The notes under the pieces: model-generated
What the model saw: only the letters and a program-made list of their open reading frames with translations
Databases searched by the model: none
What the model was told of the DNA's origin: nothing
Assembly: GCA_000934665.2 (NCBI GenBank)
Contig: JYFJ02002689.1
Coordinates: 1-53,181 of the forward strand
Reading direction: 5' to 3'
From: Catajapyx aquilonaris
Taxonomy: Eukaryota
DNA: 53,181 bases
Made by a program: the position numbers and the translations under genes
Shown: positions 36,473 to 49,739 of the stretch, one piece after another
Layout of the letters: the number at the start of each line of letters is the position of its first letter
Numbering within the stretch: position 1 is the stretch's first letter

Positions 36473-36708
36473 CAAGTACACGAGGTAAACGAACGATTAA
36501 TGAGTCGTGTTTAAGGACAGGACACGCGATGCAAGTCGACAAGAATCTCGGAAGACCACACCGTCACGTACTTCCGGATAAAAAGGAGATGGATGATCCA
36601 GATAAAACGGGAGCCACATACAAAGTCAAGCCCTTACACAACGGAGAAAGACTACAAGGTAGTACATATATGTGTGTATATAGTGGTGAACCTCGCGTGC
36701 GATTTGGC
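36473..36708 (+). mobile_element. Probable decayed Penelope-like element fragment (linker plus start of GIY-YIG endonuclease)
   Basis: QVHEVNERLMSRV, then after a frameshift HAMQVDKNLGRPHRHVLPDKKEMDDPDKTGATYKVK...CVYSGE. This resembles Penelope PYVxGVSERLxRxL..HxIxV.FKPxxTLRxxL..PKD...KSGVVYKI..C..YIGE. The spacing between the two motifs is longer than canonical. Confidence 0.4.
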
Positions 36709-37883
36709 CCGACGGACAGCTCTGGGACCGTGCATAATTAACACAATCATTACGAGGGTGGGCCTGTCCGTTCGGTTGGCAATCACGTCCCTTTCGGCGT
36801 CCAGGCATCATCGTCCCCGTTTCCTACCCATTGCAACATCACTTCCAAACCCAGCCCAACCCCCCCACCATCCAACCCAAGGGAGACATTCCGACCGATT
36901 ACATCGACCATTAATCAAATTTATCCCCCTCGGTCCCTCGCCTCCATTTACCCTCCGCCCAACCCAAGAGTCCCACACGTCACACACATTCGTCCAGGTC
37001 GATCAGCCCTGATCAATATGCCTGCATGAACCGGGTTTCAATTTTAAGCAAATTTTAGCACTACTTATTAATCTGGTTATACAATATTGTGAGCTGACCT
37101 GCTTGTTTTTGGCTCCATATTTTTTTTTTAAATCGTGGACGCTGTCAGCACCACATCAGGTGCTGTCGTGTGCAGTCGACGCAAAAAAGGAGGATTCAAG
37201 CGAGTGTACGATTCCAACCTACGTGCTCTGGACTACAAATCGAGTTGAAAGATCACGACTGGCATTTCTTACTCAAGTTGCGCCAGGTGAGGATAACGTA
37301 TACACTCCCCTATAAAAAATACACCTTTCCCAAAAGCATGCATGACAATTTCATTTAGTGCTTTTGGTCTCCCACGCGCCACACTTTTTCTAATCTTCAT
37401 TCAATTCATTACGTCTGATTCCGTGTCTTTCGTACATGCCAAACTTCGATCGCAGGAAACATGAGAAACACCACGAAAAAAATTACCGCACGATACATCA
37501 AAGTTTACTACACACCCCTAGAACATTACACCACAAATTTGTCATCCATTAATTAATTAGAACCCGACTTGGGGAATATCAATCCTCCAATTTTGGACCA
37601 TCATCCAGCAAAGGCTTCTTCTTCTTCCTTCTCTGTTTCTCTCGGCATGCAACCCACGCCCCTTGCACTCTTTCATCAGCACTCTTCACAGCTCCAATCG
37701 CATTCCCTGCCTCCCATTCAAATCCCAGACATCGTCTCCAAACATTTCGAATCCACTGGAAAGTTTGCTTGTCGGGTGGGGGGGTAGTAGAGAAGAAAAG
37801 AATGCTGCGAATCGAGCTCGCGGACCCAGCAGCGAACACAGAGGGACATGGGAAGAAGAAGAAGAGAGTGAAAAAAAGTGAAA

Positions 37884-37886
<3 letters not shown>

Positions 37887-37930
<44 letters not shown>
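37887..37930. repeat. (AG)n microsatellite within a purine-rich tract
   Basis: Direct reading of the sequence. Confidence 0.95.
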
Positions 37931-37935
<5 letters not shown>

Positions 37936-40900
37936 AAGAACAGGCTACCAGCTTTTTTTCGGTGAAGGAAGGAAGCTGTGCTAAGCATGCAGACTAGATT
38001 GGATCCCACGAGGATTTTTTTCCTTTCACAAATTTTTTTTTGAAGGTGGAGGTTGGGGTGGGGGAGGCCTTGCGTCTTGGGCCTTTGTCAATATCCTCAA
38101 GTTTGCTATGAGGAAGAAGTAGAAGACGGAATAGAAGGTGGATAGTGAAAAAAAATGCAGCTCTTGGGGGCATCCTATTCGCTTCTTTTTTTTGGACTGA
38201 ACGTGGGGGAAACTACAACCTTCGCAGAATGACTTTGAAAAGGGGAAGAGCCAGATCCCTCAGGCCAATCCAAAGATGAGGAACGAGATGCTTTTGGGGG
38301 CTCCTCTAAAGCAGATGCGCCAAACTGTTCGGTGGGGAGGTTCAGTGCTGGCAACCACTTGAAAGAGATCGCCGGTGCGACAGATATGAAGAGTAGAGTC
38401 CTGGCAGTTTGTTACTTTGCGCCACTCCCCTGAATCCGGAGCAGCAGGAAACCCGGATTCTGCACCAGCCAATACTTCAGGCTTTGCGGTCGCTAATGAG
38501 GCGCGGCGGATAATCATTACGCCGTAGGATGATTCCACCTTGGCTATGGAAAAGCTTGTTAGGTTCTGCTTCGCTTTCCAGAAGAAGACACCGTTAATTA
38601 CATGACGACAAACAATGGGTCGATGAGAAGATAGAAGAAGAAGAGGAGAGAGAGAGAGAGAGACGGAAAAAATGAAGCAAAGCACGTTAAGCCTGGAGGA
38701 CCTTCCAGCACAGTGGGTAGAAATTCATTTCAAGCCAAGTATAGTTCCGCTTGTTTCTTCCGTACCTTCCGGTTCTACTTGTCGGTGACTATTAATGAGA
38801 TTTTGGAAAAGTAAAAAGTCTCGGCATCTTTCATCTCGAGTTGGAAAGGTGAATCAACTCTTGTGTTGCCTAGTGCCATGCTGGAAAAGACTCGAAAGAA
38901 TTGCAACAGTACTCGGATTGTTTCTTGCAATCAAGCCGCTTTCATGTAGCCTACAGTAATTAAAGTTTTCAGATGTTGGAATCGACTGACATTGTTGGAC
39001 GATAAACAGCTATACTTATATTATCATCTCTATGTACAGCTACTGCAGCCTTCCAAATTCTTGAAATCCGAGAGTACCCACAAAATAAAACTCACGAGGA
39101 TCTGGTTAACAAAATTTGTTGCACTCATTATAAATTTTTAATGAGGTTCATATCCAGAGCCGTTCCTACTGTCCACTAACTGCCTGCAAAAACATGACAC
39201 ATACGCACTAGTTATGTGATCAAATTTCAAGTACCTAATTCTGTTAACATTCAACTTTGAAAATAACTATTACTTAAAATAAGCAAAAGTTGCTAACCAC
39301 TCCGGACATTTCATTTATTTGACAATTGGAATTACAACAAACGTTACGGCTAAAGCGCATTGCATTCGCCTGGAGAATAATGCTCAACTCCGTGAACTGA
39401 AATTAGTTTCTGCGACGTCACTCTTAATGTACAAACAGTTCCTACCAGGTGAGAGTTTCCCTTTCCAAGAACATCGCAGGTTCAGAACACTCCATTCCCG
39501 CTCTAACAGTCAGCTAATTAATGCGCAACTTTCTCGCCCCGATGGGAATTTCTTTATAAGCATCGATTAATAATTCCTGATCGATGCTGTTTCCTGGGGC
39601 TACTGTAATCCGACCAGTCTTTGGAGACCGGTCCATACAAAAATCGGACCCAAGTTTGCAAAAGAAAAAAAAAATCGATGCAAAACGTAACCCGAAGCAC
39701 TCGTACGTAATCACTCGGAGCGAAAAATTTCCCAGAGAAGAGTCTTATTACCGCCTGTCTTTTTTTTCGGCTTTTTCTAGCCCTCTGCGCCTCTGCCTCA
39801 TAAATCATCATTTCCCCTCGTTCGAATCATTTGGTCGCTGTTTTCAAACAAAATCCATTTTTTGGCCGGATTCTGCGCGCCAAACATTAGCAATAAGAGG
39901 CGTGCCAAAAAGGGGCCAGAAAAAAATCGCACTTTTTCCAACATCCCTCGTCCTAATCTGGCCATGTAATGCATCATTACGAGACAAGCCATATTGCGCA
40001 CTTCATTTATGAATATGCGATGTGTTAGTCAAGTAAAGGGGAAAAATTACTTCATTTTTAAAAACCCTCCTGGGAAATTAACTGTGCATGCACATGTGTA
40101 ATGCCAGTATTTATAGTTATCGTTAATGGGTACAACCTTAATCCGTTCAGAGTTGGAATTTCCTGAAAGAGCGTGCTGGGAAAACCGGGTGAGCCAGAAA
40201 AAAAATTTTGGGAGCGAACCGCCGAAAAAATCGAGAGCTCACACTGTCGCTCCCGCAATTGCCTTATTTCTCAAAGGGCAAATAATTACACAGCCGAACT
40301 AGGTCACAAATCAAGAAGAAGGGAAGAGTTCTTTTTAGCCAAAAAAAAAATCGTAGGGATGCAGTAGGGCAGAAGGTGGGAACTTGTTCCTGCAGGTTGC
40401 TCAGGTAAGGCCTGGGGCCTGCCACTTTGTATCCACTCTCTGATTAATCAGGGAGAGATTTACAGGGCCCTGCAGCTGGATTCCCAGTTGGAGGTGCCTA
40501 CAGTAAACATAGCTATTTCTCTTGGTGTGTGTATACCACAGCAAAGAGGGAACTGGAAAGAATATACCTAAAATGAGACGGAGGTACGAAATCGGTCGGG
40601 ATTCTCGAGAAAAATTCAGGTGAAAGTGGGTGCAGCCTTCCTCGATTCATGCTAATTACAAAGTTAATAGTGAGTCGAGTTAAATATTTATTCAGCCCAC
40701 TTTCTGTCGAGATTAAATGAAGATTTGATCCACGGAATTTTCGAGGGCTACTTTTATTTCTCAGAGGTGGAGGTGCAAGCTACATAACCTCGAATTTCGT
40801 TGAGAAGTGAGGGATATGAAAAGAGAAAGATTTTTTTTTGATAAGATTAATATTCTGACATCACTAAACAATGTTATTGCAGTCGCAATGATTGCCTCCT

Positions 40901-42816
40901 TACTATATGTGGCTATAAGTCGACAGTCAAAAAATTTCTCGCTTTGGTGCCAATTTCCTGTAATTTTTCATTTGTGTACATAACATCAATATGTTTACGA
41001 ATTTTTGGGATTTTAAAGAAACTAACTACTCCTGATATTAATACAAGATTACAGTAAAGAACAATCCCCTTTAACTATACGCAAGTTACCTGCGTACGCT
41101 AACTCTGAATATCAGATAGTTTCCATGTGTGATTATTTTCAAAAGGAGCTCAAACTGCGTAGGTTAGTTATTTTCTGCCAGAAATTTAAGGAGTTAAAAT
41201 ACCATACTCCTTCTTGCATGAAGTTTATTTATTTGCTACCTTTCGCTCAAGGGTTCGTGTAAGTTAAATAGAGCTAGAGCTGATCCTGTACAGACTTTTT
41301 GCAAATCCTCACTACCTGTACTGAAGGTTTTTACCATGGAAGTTGCGGTTATGTGCATAATTTCATAACAAAACAACTAAGATAAGCATATCATTAGTAT
41401 GAAAACACTTTTTTGGACCTGACTTTTTTTGAACCTTAGATTTCAACAGTACACACCAAATACGTGTACCATAATACTTGTGAGCGTGTTTGCAAAAGTC
41501 AACACCATTATCACGAGTAACGGACCATTCTTATTAAATCATCCGGTCTGCATAAAAAAGGAGCAGGAAAAAGTTGAAGTGTCCCATCCAAGAGGCTCTC
41601 TGCACGAAAACATTGTTGTCGAATGAAGTCTGAGCGAGCCAAGGAGGAAAAGGGGGGAGGGGGGTCCCATTTTGAGTCATCTGGCTGGAAAAGAAATCAA
41701 GCAAGCCCAGGTGGTGCTCAATCAATATCGGCCCTTACTCTTTAATACAACGCTTCTTCCACTTCCTCCAGCCTCTCGTTTTTTTTATTGCTGCGATTAC
41801 TTGACTGGCATCGACTATCCAATAAGAGGAAGGAGGGACTAGTCCATTTATGGCCTCAGCCGAGAGTGTCTGTCCCGAAATGTTTTGACGACGGAATATT
41901 TCTCCTGCCCGGAATATATTCCTCCTGACCTTTCACCCGGTGGTCCTTCTCCAGAAGCTAAAAAAAAGTCCGCATCTCTCACAAATCTAAGCTTAAAGTT
42001 TGGGCCCCTCCGGAAGACTTTTCCCTCGAGTTAGGCCAGGAGAAAGGTCGGATAATTGCAAAATCAATTCTGACACTGACTGATTTTGGAGCCTCCCAGC
42101 ATCTCGGTCCTGCGGGCTCCATTACCCGAGGCCCACAATCATTATGTTAAGTCCGCCGCTTGTTTATATTGCGATCTTGGAAGAAGCCAGTGGGGAAATG
42201 ACTTTCCCGCTACACTTTGGAGATGCTAAAATTCCGGACACTTTTTGTGGGGGCCGAATAGCATGATGCTGAGATATCTCGGATGAGGATCACTCCTCCT
42301 TAGTGACAATATGTGCTCGTCGGTGAGCACACAAGCCTTCATCATTCAAGGCTGACAGCTCAATAACCTGCTCGGTGCTTGGGTACACTCGGCGGAGTAA
42401 CGATTCCTGCCAGACACTCCGTGATATTATGCTGAACTGTCGCAAATGCAAGTAAGCGATACTGCAATATAATCTGGTTTCCTATCATTTTAATAATAAA
42501 ATACTAAAGGGAGGAAAAACTTCGGCAACCATTAGTGATTGAATCGGTTACATCTAGTGCTCCCTGAATTAATTGGTAATTATTTTGCATAATATAACCA
42601 GGATTGGGCGAATATACAGTACAATTTCCACACAATAATATATTGTTAGTCAATATTGTAATAAATTATAATATTGTTTATACAACTCATTAGTAATACA
42701 ATTATGGTTACAACTAATTAGGCCTATTTAATAAGATTTATAAAAGTAGCTATAGCATTCAAATCATGTTGCATTAGTTCCCTACACATTTTTAAAAAGA
42801 ACGTTTGCAAAAATAA

Positions 42817-44122
42817 CACAGGCCTGCGGTGAAATTTTTTCTTTAAAGTGAGAGGTGTTTCTTATGTATTTATTAATGCTGATTTCGGGAATAATAAGCA
42901 AAATCTTCTATCACCCACAGTTTTTGAGATATATCGTTTTAAAACTTTGAACGATTTACTAGGGGTCTTTCCGAATCAAGTGGGCCTAAATGTTGCTAGA
43001 CCGTCTCGGATCTTGGTAAAAATAATCGCAGATGTACTCAACCATTCCGTAATTCTGCTTATAAAATTTACGCCATATTGCGCAATACCAAGACGAGGGA
43101 AAAAATCGCAAAAATCTGGAATTGGCTGAAAATGAGGCCTTCTGGGGAGAATTTTTTTCGGTTAGTGGAAGTGATCAGAACCAAATGAACATATACATCA
43201 AAAAAAGAGAAACACCAGGAGAATGCGTCGCTGGAATTAGTTTTCCTCTAAAATGCAAATATAAATTTTTATAGCATTTCATTGGTCACTTGCTCAGTCA
43301 CATGCCCAAGAATACATTGTGACCTCAACAATAATGAGTGATGTGTTTGCGTTGCATCAGTCATATTTAGAGACACTAGTTGTGACTGACACAAGGTTCA
43401 GTATGTTAAGTCAGAGGCCTTGGTCATGCATGTTTCGCGAGAAAATAATATATTATAATATATATTATAATATATATCAGAGGCCTGCGATGAAATTTTT
43501 TTCTTCAAAGTGAGAAGTGTTTCTTATGTATTTTTTATGCTGACTTCGGGAAAAATACGCAAAAACTTCTGTCACGTACAGTTTCGACACAAATCAAGAA
43601 TTTCTGTCTGGTTGCCTACATACTGGGCGCGCTGCTATAAAAACGTGTCAAACCAATATTTAGCTTAGAAAAATAGATATTTCAGGTCAACGACGATAAA
43701 TTGAAACAGAAAGCAGAAAAATGTTAAAATTTAATTTATAACCTCTAATGTGGCAACACCTGAACCACGCGGTAGGGTGGGTGCAAGGGTGGGTGCATAG
43801 AAAACTTTTTTTTTTACGAGTACCTGTAAGTACCTATACTCATGCCATCTATTTCATCTTGAAGGAGATGACCGTGGCTTTGTAACCTATTTTTTCTCAG
43901 ACCTACTCATCTCTCACCTAGGCCTGAACCAAAGACTTTTTTACTCTGCTATACTCTTCTGTGCTTCTGTGTGATTTTCCTGAATCTTTACCCTCACTTT
44001 GTGGAAAAACCTGACGTGATAGAGGAAAATGCTCGGCATTTCCGAACTCAGCGTATCGAAATACATTAGAAACACATAAAACTGTGCAGAAAAAATAAAA
44101 AGTATTATTTCGCAGGCCTGTG
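42817..44122. mobile_element. Compound/nested non-autonomous DNA transposon with long TIR-like ends
   Basis: Two direct copies of a ~115-bp end sequence start CACAGGCCTGCGGTGAAATTTTTT (42817) and CAGAGGCCTGCGATGAAATTTTTT (43478), both continuing with AAAGTGAGA.GTGTTTCTTATGTATTT...ATGCTGA.TTCGGGAA. A diverged inverted copy at about 44010-44122 ends ...CGCAGGCCTGTG and is followed by TA. Confidence 0.7.
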
Positions 44123-47100
44123 TAATTCGCTCTAAACGTGATGAAACTAACAATAGTTGGTTATACAGTTAACAGACCAACTGACCTAAAATAGTAACAT
44201 GTACAGTACATATACGAGGAAAGTGCAGCAGAGTGTGGCCTGGCAAGGTACCGGTACTCTCTGTGGGTTTGAGTTGTTTTGGTTTCCGAGGCAACTAGGT
44301 GGATTGTCTGAAGGACCTAGTGGTACACATACAGTACTAGACCTTCATAATTCATGGGACTATTCCCCCGATGAACTACTCCGTGCTTATAGACAATAGC
44401 CATAGAAGGCTAGTGAAGGATAAGAAGCAAAGTTTGCCATGGAACAAGACTGTGTAAACTTTGACTAGAGTAGAGGCATGGTCAGTTTTGCAGAACTGGC
44501 GCATCTGAACAGGTGCTTTGACTGAGAGGAAATATGATTTTACCATTAACAGACACGACTAATTTGTACCTGGATGTATTTCTGGTATCGGACTACTGTG
44601 TTTACTAAAGGTGAATGCATATATACAAGCACAGCCCCAGTGCCCCAATTACTTTTCTGGCCCACAGACTGACCTACTCTGCAGACTATACTAACAGTGA
44701 TTCCGAAAGTGACACTTCCTCCTCACCGCACCCTTTAATGGCGATTGGCTCCGGAGAAGAATACACACGTACCCGCACTCCATAAAAACCCCTTCCGAAT
44801 GGTACCCCCAACCCGGATTAATTCTCCCCTCCAGAGTCGCAAAGTCTCACCTCTTTGCCACTGGCATCAAAAGAAAAACAGGCAAACAGAGGGGCCACGC
44901 TCTGATCTGCATTGCAAAAGGCTGCTTTGCCAGGAAAAGCCAAGCAGTTTGTGTCTCGGTTAGTGCCGAGTTTGGAAGAGCTTATCTGCACAGAATACGT
45001 GTGGGGGGTCAAAAGTGGCCTCTTGGTCCCCCCTCTCTCGTGCCCCCCACACCACTCTCTCTTTGTGGCCAGGCCTTCTCTAACCCTCTTTAGCACGGCT
45101 TTTCTCCCCTTCTTCAACTCAATTAAAGTTTTCTCAGACAAAGCACCGCCGTTCCTTTCTTTTCCGTCCCTTCACCGACATCTTCCATTTCACAGCCCGC
45201 CTTTCCCTGGAGGCTGAGTCAAGACGCGTGTCTTCTGCCGTCCTCACGTCAACGTCACCCCTCCCCCTTTCCAACCCCTTTCCCCCCCCCCCTTTTCAGT
45301 CCCTCAAAATGTTTTTGGATTCAGGGCCATGTTGCGTGAACACGGAAATGAGGGCGGAGGCGGCCGCAGAGGCGAAAGAAATAATAACAAGAGCTGACAG
45401 CCCAGACAATGGGACCCAAGTCGGGGAGAATTGTTGCGGAGCTAAATGGACGTCAGATGGCGAATAAGACGCGGTGCTTTGCTGTTAATTTCTGCTAATG
45501 GAAATAAATTCATGCAATTCAAACTACAGCCCCGCGACGTCATTTGGAGGCCAGGCGACTTTGGTATAAGAGAAGACTTTCGACTCGCTCAAAAGGGCTT
45601 TATTTCTTGATTATGCACTTATACACATTATTCTAATAAATCTTTAAAAAGTGCAGTATTTTTGAAAGCCAAAGTGCTCTCATCTTAGTCTGTCATCAAC
45701 ATTGACTCAGAATTTCAGTAGTGTACTGCTACCGATGCGAAACGTACCATACATTAATAGGAAATACACCTATAATAACTGGTAAGTGTAAATTCTGCCA
45801 GAGTCTGTAGTAATTATTAATCCTTTCCACGTATTAAGTCCATAATTATTTTGCCCGATTTCCTGCTAATTATAAATCAGATATGAATCCCTTAGTTAAA
45901 TATGCTCCTGAAAACTGAAATGTGAAAAGCTCATGACTTAGCTTTACTACTTATGGAGTGTTCTTCATTTTATAATAGATCTCAGGAAAAACTGAATTAC
46001 AGTAATTCCACTACACTACTAGCATGTGACATAAAATATTCAATAATTGCACTCTGTTATAAATTCAAGTAAGTCCTGCTTACATATTAACTAAGAATAA
46101 TGCGAAAAATGACAGAAAATGAAATTATTCCTGATTATTCCGCCGCATTTTAAAATAAGCGGCATGAAATAATCCTACTATCGTCTTCTTTAAGGATTTT
46201 AAAGGGATAGCGAGAATATATCATCGATTTCTCTCCAGTTGCTTAATATATGCACAAAACCACTCTTCAAGTCCTTAGCCTTCATTTTGCTCTCGTCATC
46301 GATTAGGAACTTCTAATATTTGTCCTTTTGACTTGCTCTTCCGAAATAGATAACTTACTACGTGCAAATAACTACTTGTTGAAACAACGTATACTGTACA
46401 ATCTTCCAAAAACGCCAAGTACACTCGTTCCTGTACTACTTGCCGACGCATCAAAATAATCCAGAATTCCTGTCAAAAAAAACTTCCAAGAAAGGAAATA
46501 ATTCTCCGCCTCACAGGAGATTAGTAGAAAAGGAAGCAGATGAACCTTTTTTCTCTTTTCCACGTCTCTTCTCGACAGAGACGGAGAGACTACAAAAGGG
46601 GTTAAAATCGGCGACTGAATAAAACATGACGAGAGCACAACAGCACCCGGAGTTGAGGGTAATGCGCTTAAGAAGAAGGAATACTTACACATTTTTGCTT
46701 CCAAAACCGTCTTGATAATTACGAGTTGCCGCGCCGTCTCTTAAATCCTTCGCCACTTTCCCTCAGCTATTTTGTGGCAACAACCTCCTTGGTTTTCGCC
46801 AGTGATTACACTCCTGGCCTCTTTTTTTTGTCCCAAAACCCGGCCCCCATAATTTAAATGATTCGGACACATTCCCTCCCCTCGGATCTGATTCAACTCA
46901 CATTCTCTCATACCCCAATGGTCGCATGTGAACATGACACGTAGGTGAATTTGTTGGCCTGATTCAAATACAAAATGAAGACCTGCCCAAAGTAGCCCAT
47001 TTTACCCCCGTGACGCGTACCAACATGTCCCGTCCGGAATTTCAACGAACCGGGTCTTCTCTCCACCCAAAAAAAGCTAAAAAAATGAAAGAAAAAGGTG

Positions 47101-49720
47101 GTAGAATAGGAAAGGCTTTTAAAAATGTTGAGAGGAAATAATCCGGCCTGCTTCTACCGCTTCCATGCAAAAGGTTTATCTTCTCCCGGAGTTCACGGGT
47201 TCCGGAGGTGACGTGGTTGTCAGATATTAATATCGTCTTATGCAAATGAATTCATGAAATGCAAGACGGTACTTTCTTCACTACCGGGGCAGGAGGAGGG
47301 GAGGGAAGAAGAAGGAGAAGAAGAAAAAATGAGGCGAAGAATTTGCAAACCTCCTAATAAAACCAGAGGAGAAGAGAAAGACTTTCCCAGTCTTTGATGC
47401 GCCTGGGCCCCCGATATAAATAACGCAGGACGGGGAAGCTCTTATGAATTTCTAGAGAATCTTGGTGGAAGCTTGAGAAACCGGTGGAGCTTTAATTAAG
47501 CTCGGCAGACAAGGCGGAATTTTGCGGAAGGAGTATGAATAAGATGGGGCAGAGTGAGATGGAGCTACTGGAAAATGGAAGAGACAGAAATAAAAGGGGA
47601 GGGGATGTGGACCAAAAGCTTTCTTTTTTTTNGGGGGGGCACTCGACCCAGAAAATGCAATGTTGTTGCGTTTCGGATTACAAAAATGAACTTTCTTGAG
47701 CGCGCGTGAACACTGTCAAGTGTATGCTCTTCGATATCAACATAAATGGGACTAGACTTTTTTTTAATTGAAATTGCAACGCGAACCTTATGCCAAAACT
47801 AATTTGCCTATCTTTTGCAAGCAAAAAATATAGACTGCCGAAATATTCCGGTCCAAAAGTTCCTCCTTATTTTGTCGCGTGTCATTTACTGTACAGGGCA
47901 GTGTGACAGGTACGTCTTTGCTGGTGTCACTTGGAAGTCAACACTGTATTACAGTGTAGAAAGAAAGTTACAAGTAATAATTCACAGCCTGTCTTAGTTC
48001 ACCTCGTAAAGTTCGTCGTGATGGAAGTGACATGAACCCTTTAAAAGTCAGGTGCCAGAAAACATCTGGACCATTTTGCAATACTCAGCAGTTTTAGAAG
48101 TTCGTCGCGTCGCTTGTGTACAATAGGTACATTCATTTCTGCGGAGTTTCATCCTTACTATAATATTTATGTAATATGAACTACGTAAATCAGGTTTGAG
48201 GCGCTGTATAAATCAGAAGCAATTTACAGAATTGCTTTGTTCTAGAAGGACTCAAACTTTGCATAACGGAATGCTGAAGACCAAAAAAATTGCCTGCATT
48301 CATGAGTATAAAACACCGCTCTAAAACCTATACCGCGGTACAGCAAACGATTATGCAAAATATTGGATAAATTATTAGCCTTCATTTTAATAACTTAACG
48401 AACCGGAAGTAGGATGATGCATGTGTACATTAGGCTATAGTGTATACACGCACAATAGCGTACAGTGCATGCATATTAGAGTGGGTCAACCTGGCGATGC
48501 GTGGTTCGGTATAGCCGGGTATAACAGAAGAGTTAGTTTTAAAGTATTAACAATATTATAATAAATACCACTTAGGGCTCAGGCACTTGCAAAAAATTAA
48601 TATTTTAGATATCCATCCTGAACACTACTTGTATAGTACGCCTTGAGTTTTCATCCTTGCGATTCTGCAACCCAAGAGTCTCGCTTGAATTTCGCGTCCC
48701 CTACATGCAAGGCGCGAAGATAATTTCACTTATTAACGAAATAATGGCAATAATCTGCTGCTGTACAGACACAACATATTCACTCCATTACTAGACATGC
48801 AATATTTATTTTCCAGTTTTAATAGGGGAAGAGAGAACCCCCTCTATCCACATCTAAATCCACAGAATCAAAAACATACATCCGAAAAAGACACGGCCAA
48901 ACATCATGTCATCAATGATTAGACACATGTAACATCCCCCCCTCCCCATCACTCCAATCCTCACTCCCTAAAACCAGATAACCGAACAACGTAGCGTCAA
49001 TCAGGACCACGTTGATTTCTGCCGCAATAAACGCTCCATCACTGTCTGTAAAAAAAGAAGTTTTACGGGCGAGGAAACACTTGGCATCAAAGTGATCCAT
49101 CTTGTTTATGGTCGGACTAGGAAGGAACCCTGTATATATATACGGAAGAAGTGGGGGGGGGGGGGAGATGTTGAGACATTACGTTATCCCTCCCCAAGTC
49201 AAGCTCTCCCCCTCTCTTTCTCTAGGTCCCTACAACTTTGCAAAGCTTTCTGGGGCAAGACACAGACTAGGGATCCCTCCTTAATACTAACCGGGCTTCC
49301 GGGATCAGTTGTGGATCCCTAGACCGCGAGAGAGAAATTGCAGCGGGCGCTTAATTCCTCCTCCTCCAGGGAAAGGTGGGCAAGTAGAAGGGGTTAAAAA
49401 GAAAAAGGTACCCCGCCGACTAATGCCAGTGGAAAGGAGCAGCAGGGTTTGGAAAGGGGAATTCTCTCTCGGCTCAATATCGCAGTCCGCAGGAACCGCA
49501 GCTGGCGACCAGAGATGGGAGAAATATTGCGTTCCATCGGTGCCCCCCTCGCCCTGTACCCAACCCTCCTTCTACTCTGAGGGTAATGGGAGGCAGCAGT
49601 CAAGGAATGCGAACTGGGCTCTCTTTTACTCGACCTCCATCAGCACCCAGCGACAGATGGGACTAGGTCACGAACACTGGTTTTCTGGGTGGGGCTCTCG
49701 AGACTGTAGCCGGTGGGCTC

Positions 49721-49739
49721 ATTTCTGGAACACCCTGTA
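49721..49739 (-). mobile_element. Isolated Tc1/mariner-type terminus (ATTTCTGGAACACCCTG-TA)
   Basis: Reverse complement is TACAGGGTGTTCCAGAAAT. A near copy CAGGTGTTCCAGAAAT occurs at 30309-30324. Confidence 0.4.

Noticed and set aside
46387..46396. ACGTATACTG, matching the 5' end of miR-iab-4
   Set aside because: Only 10 nt match and there is no complementary arm.
30309..49739. Inward-facing 14-bp inverted match (GGTGTTCCAGAAAT) bracketing the IR, suggesting a 19-kb transposon carrying the gene
   Set aside because: The left end lacks a G and the TA flank, similarity does not extend, and such termini are abundant MITE debris. The 6572/27178 pair was rejected on similar grounds (similarity limited to 17 bp, about 20 kb apart).
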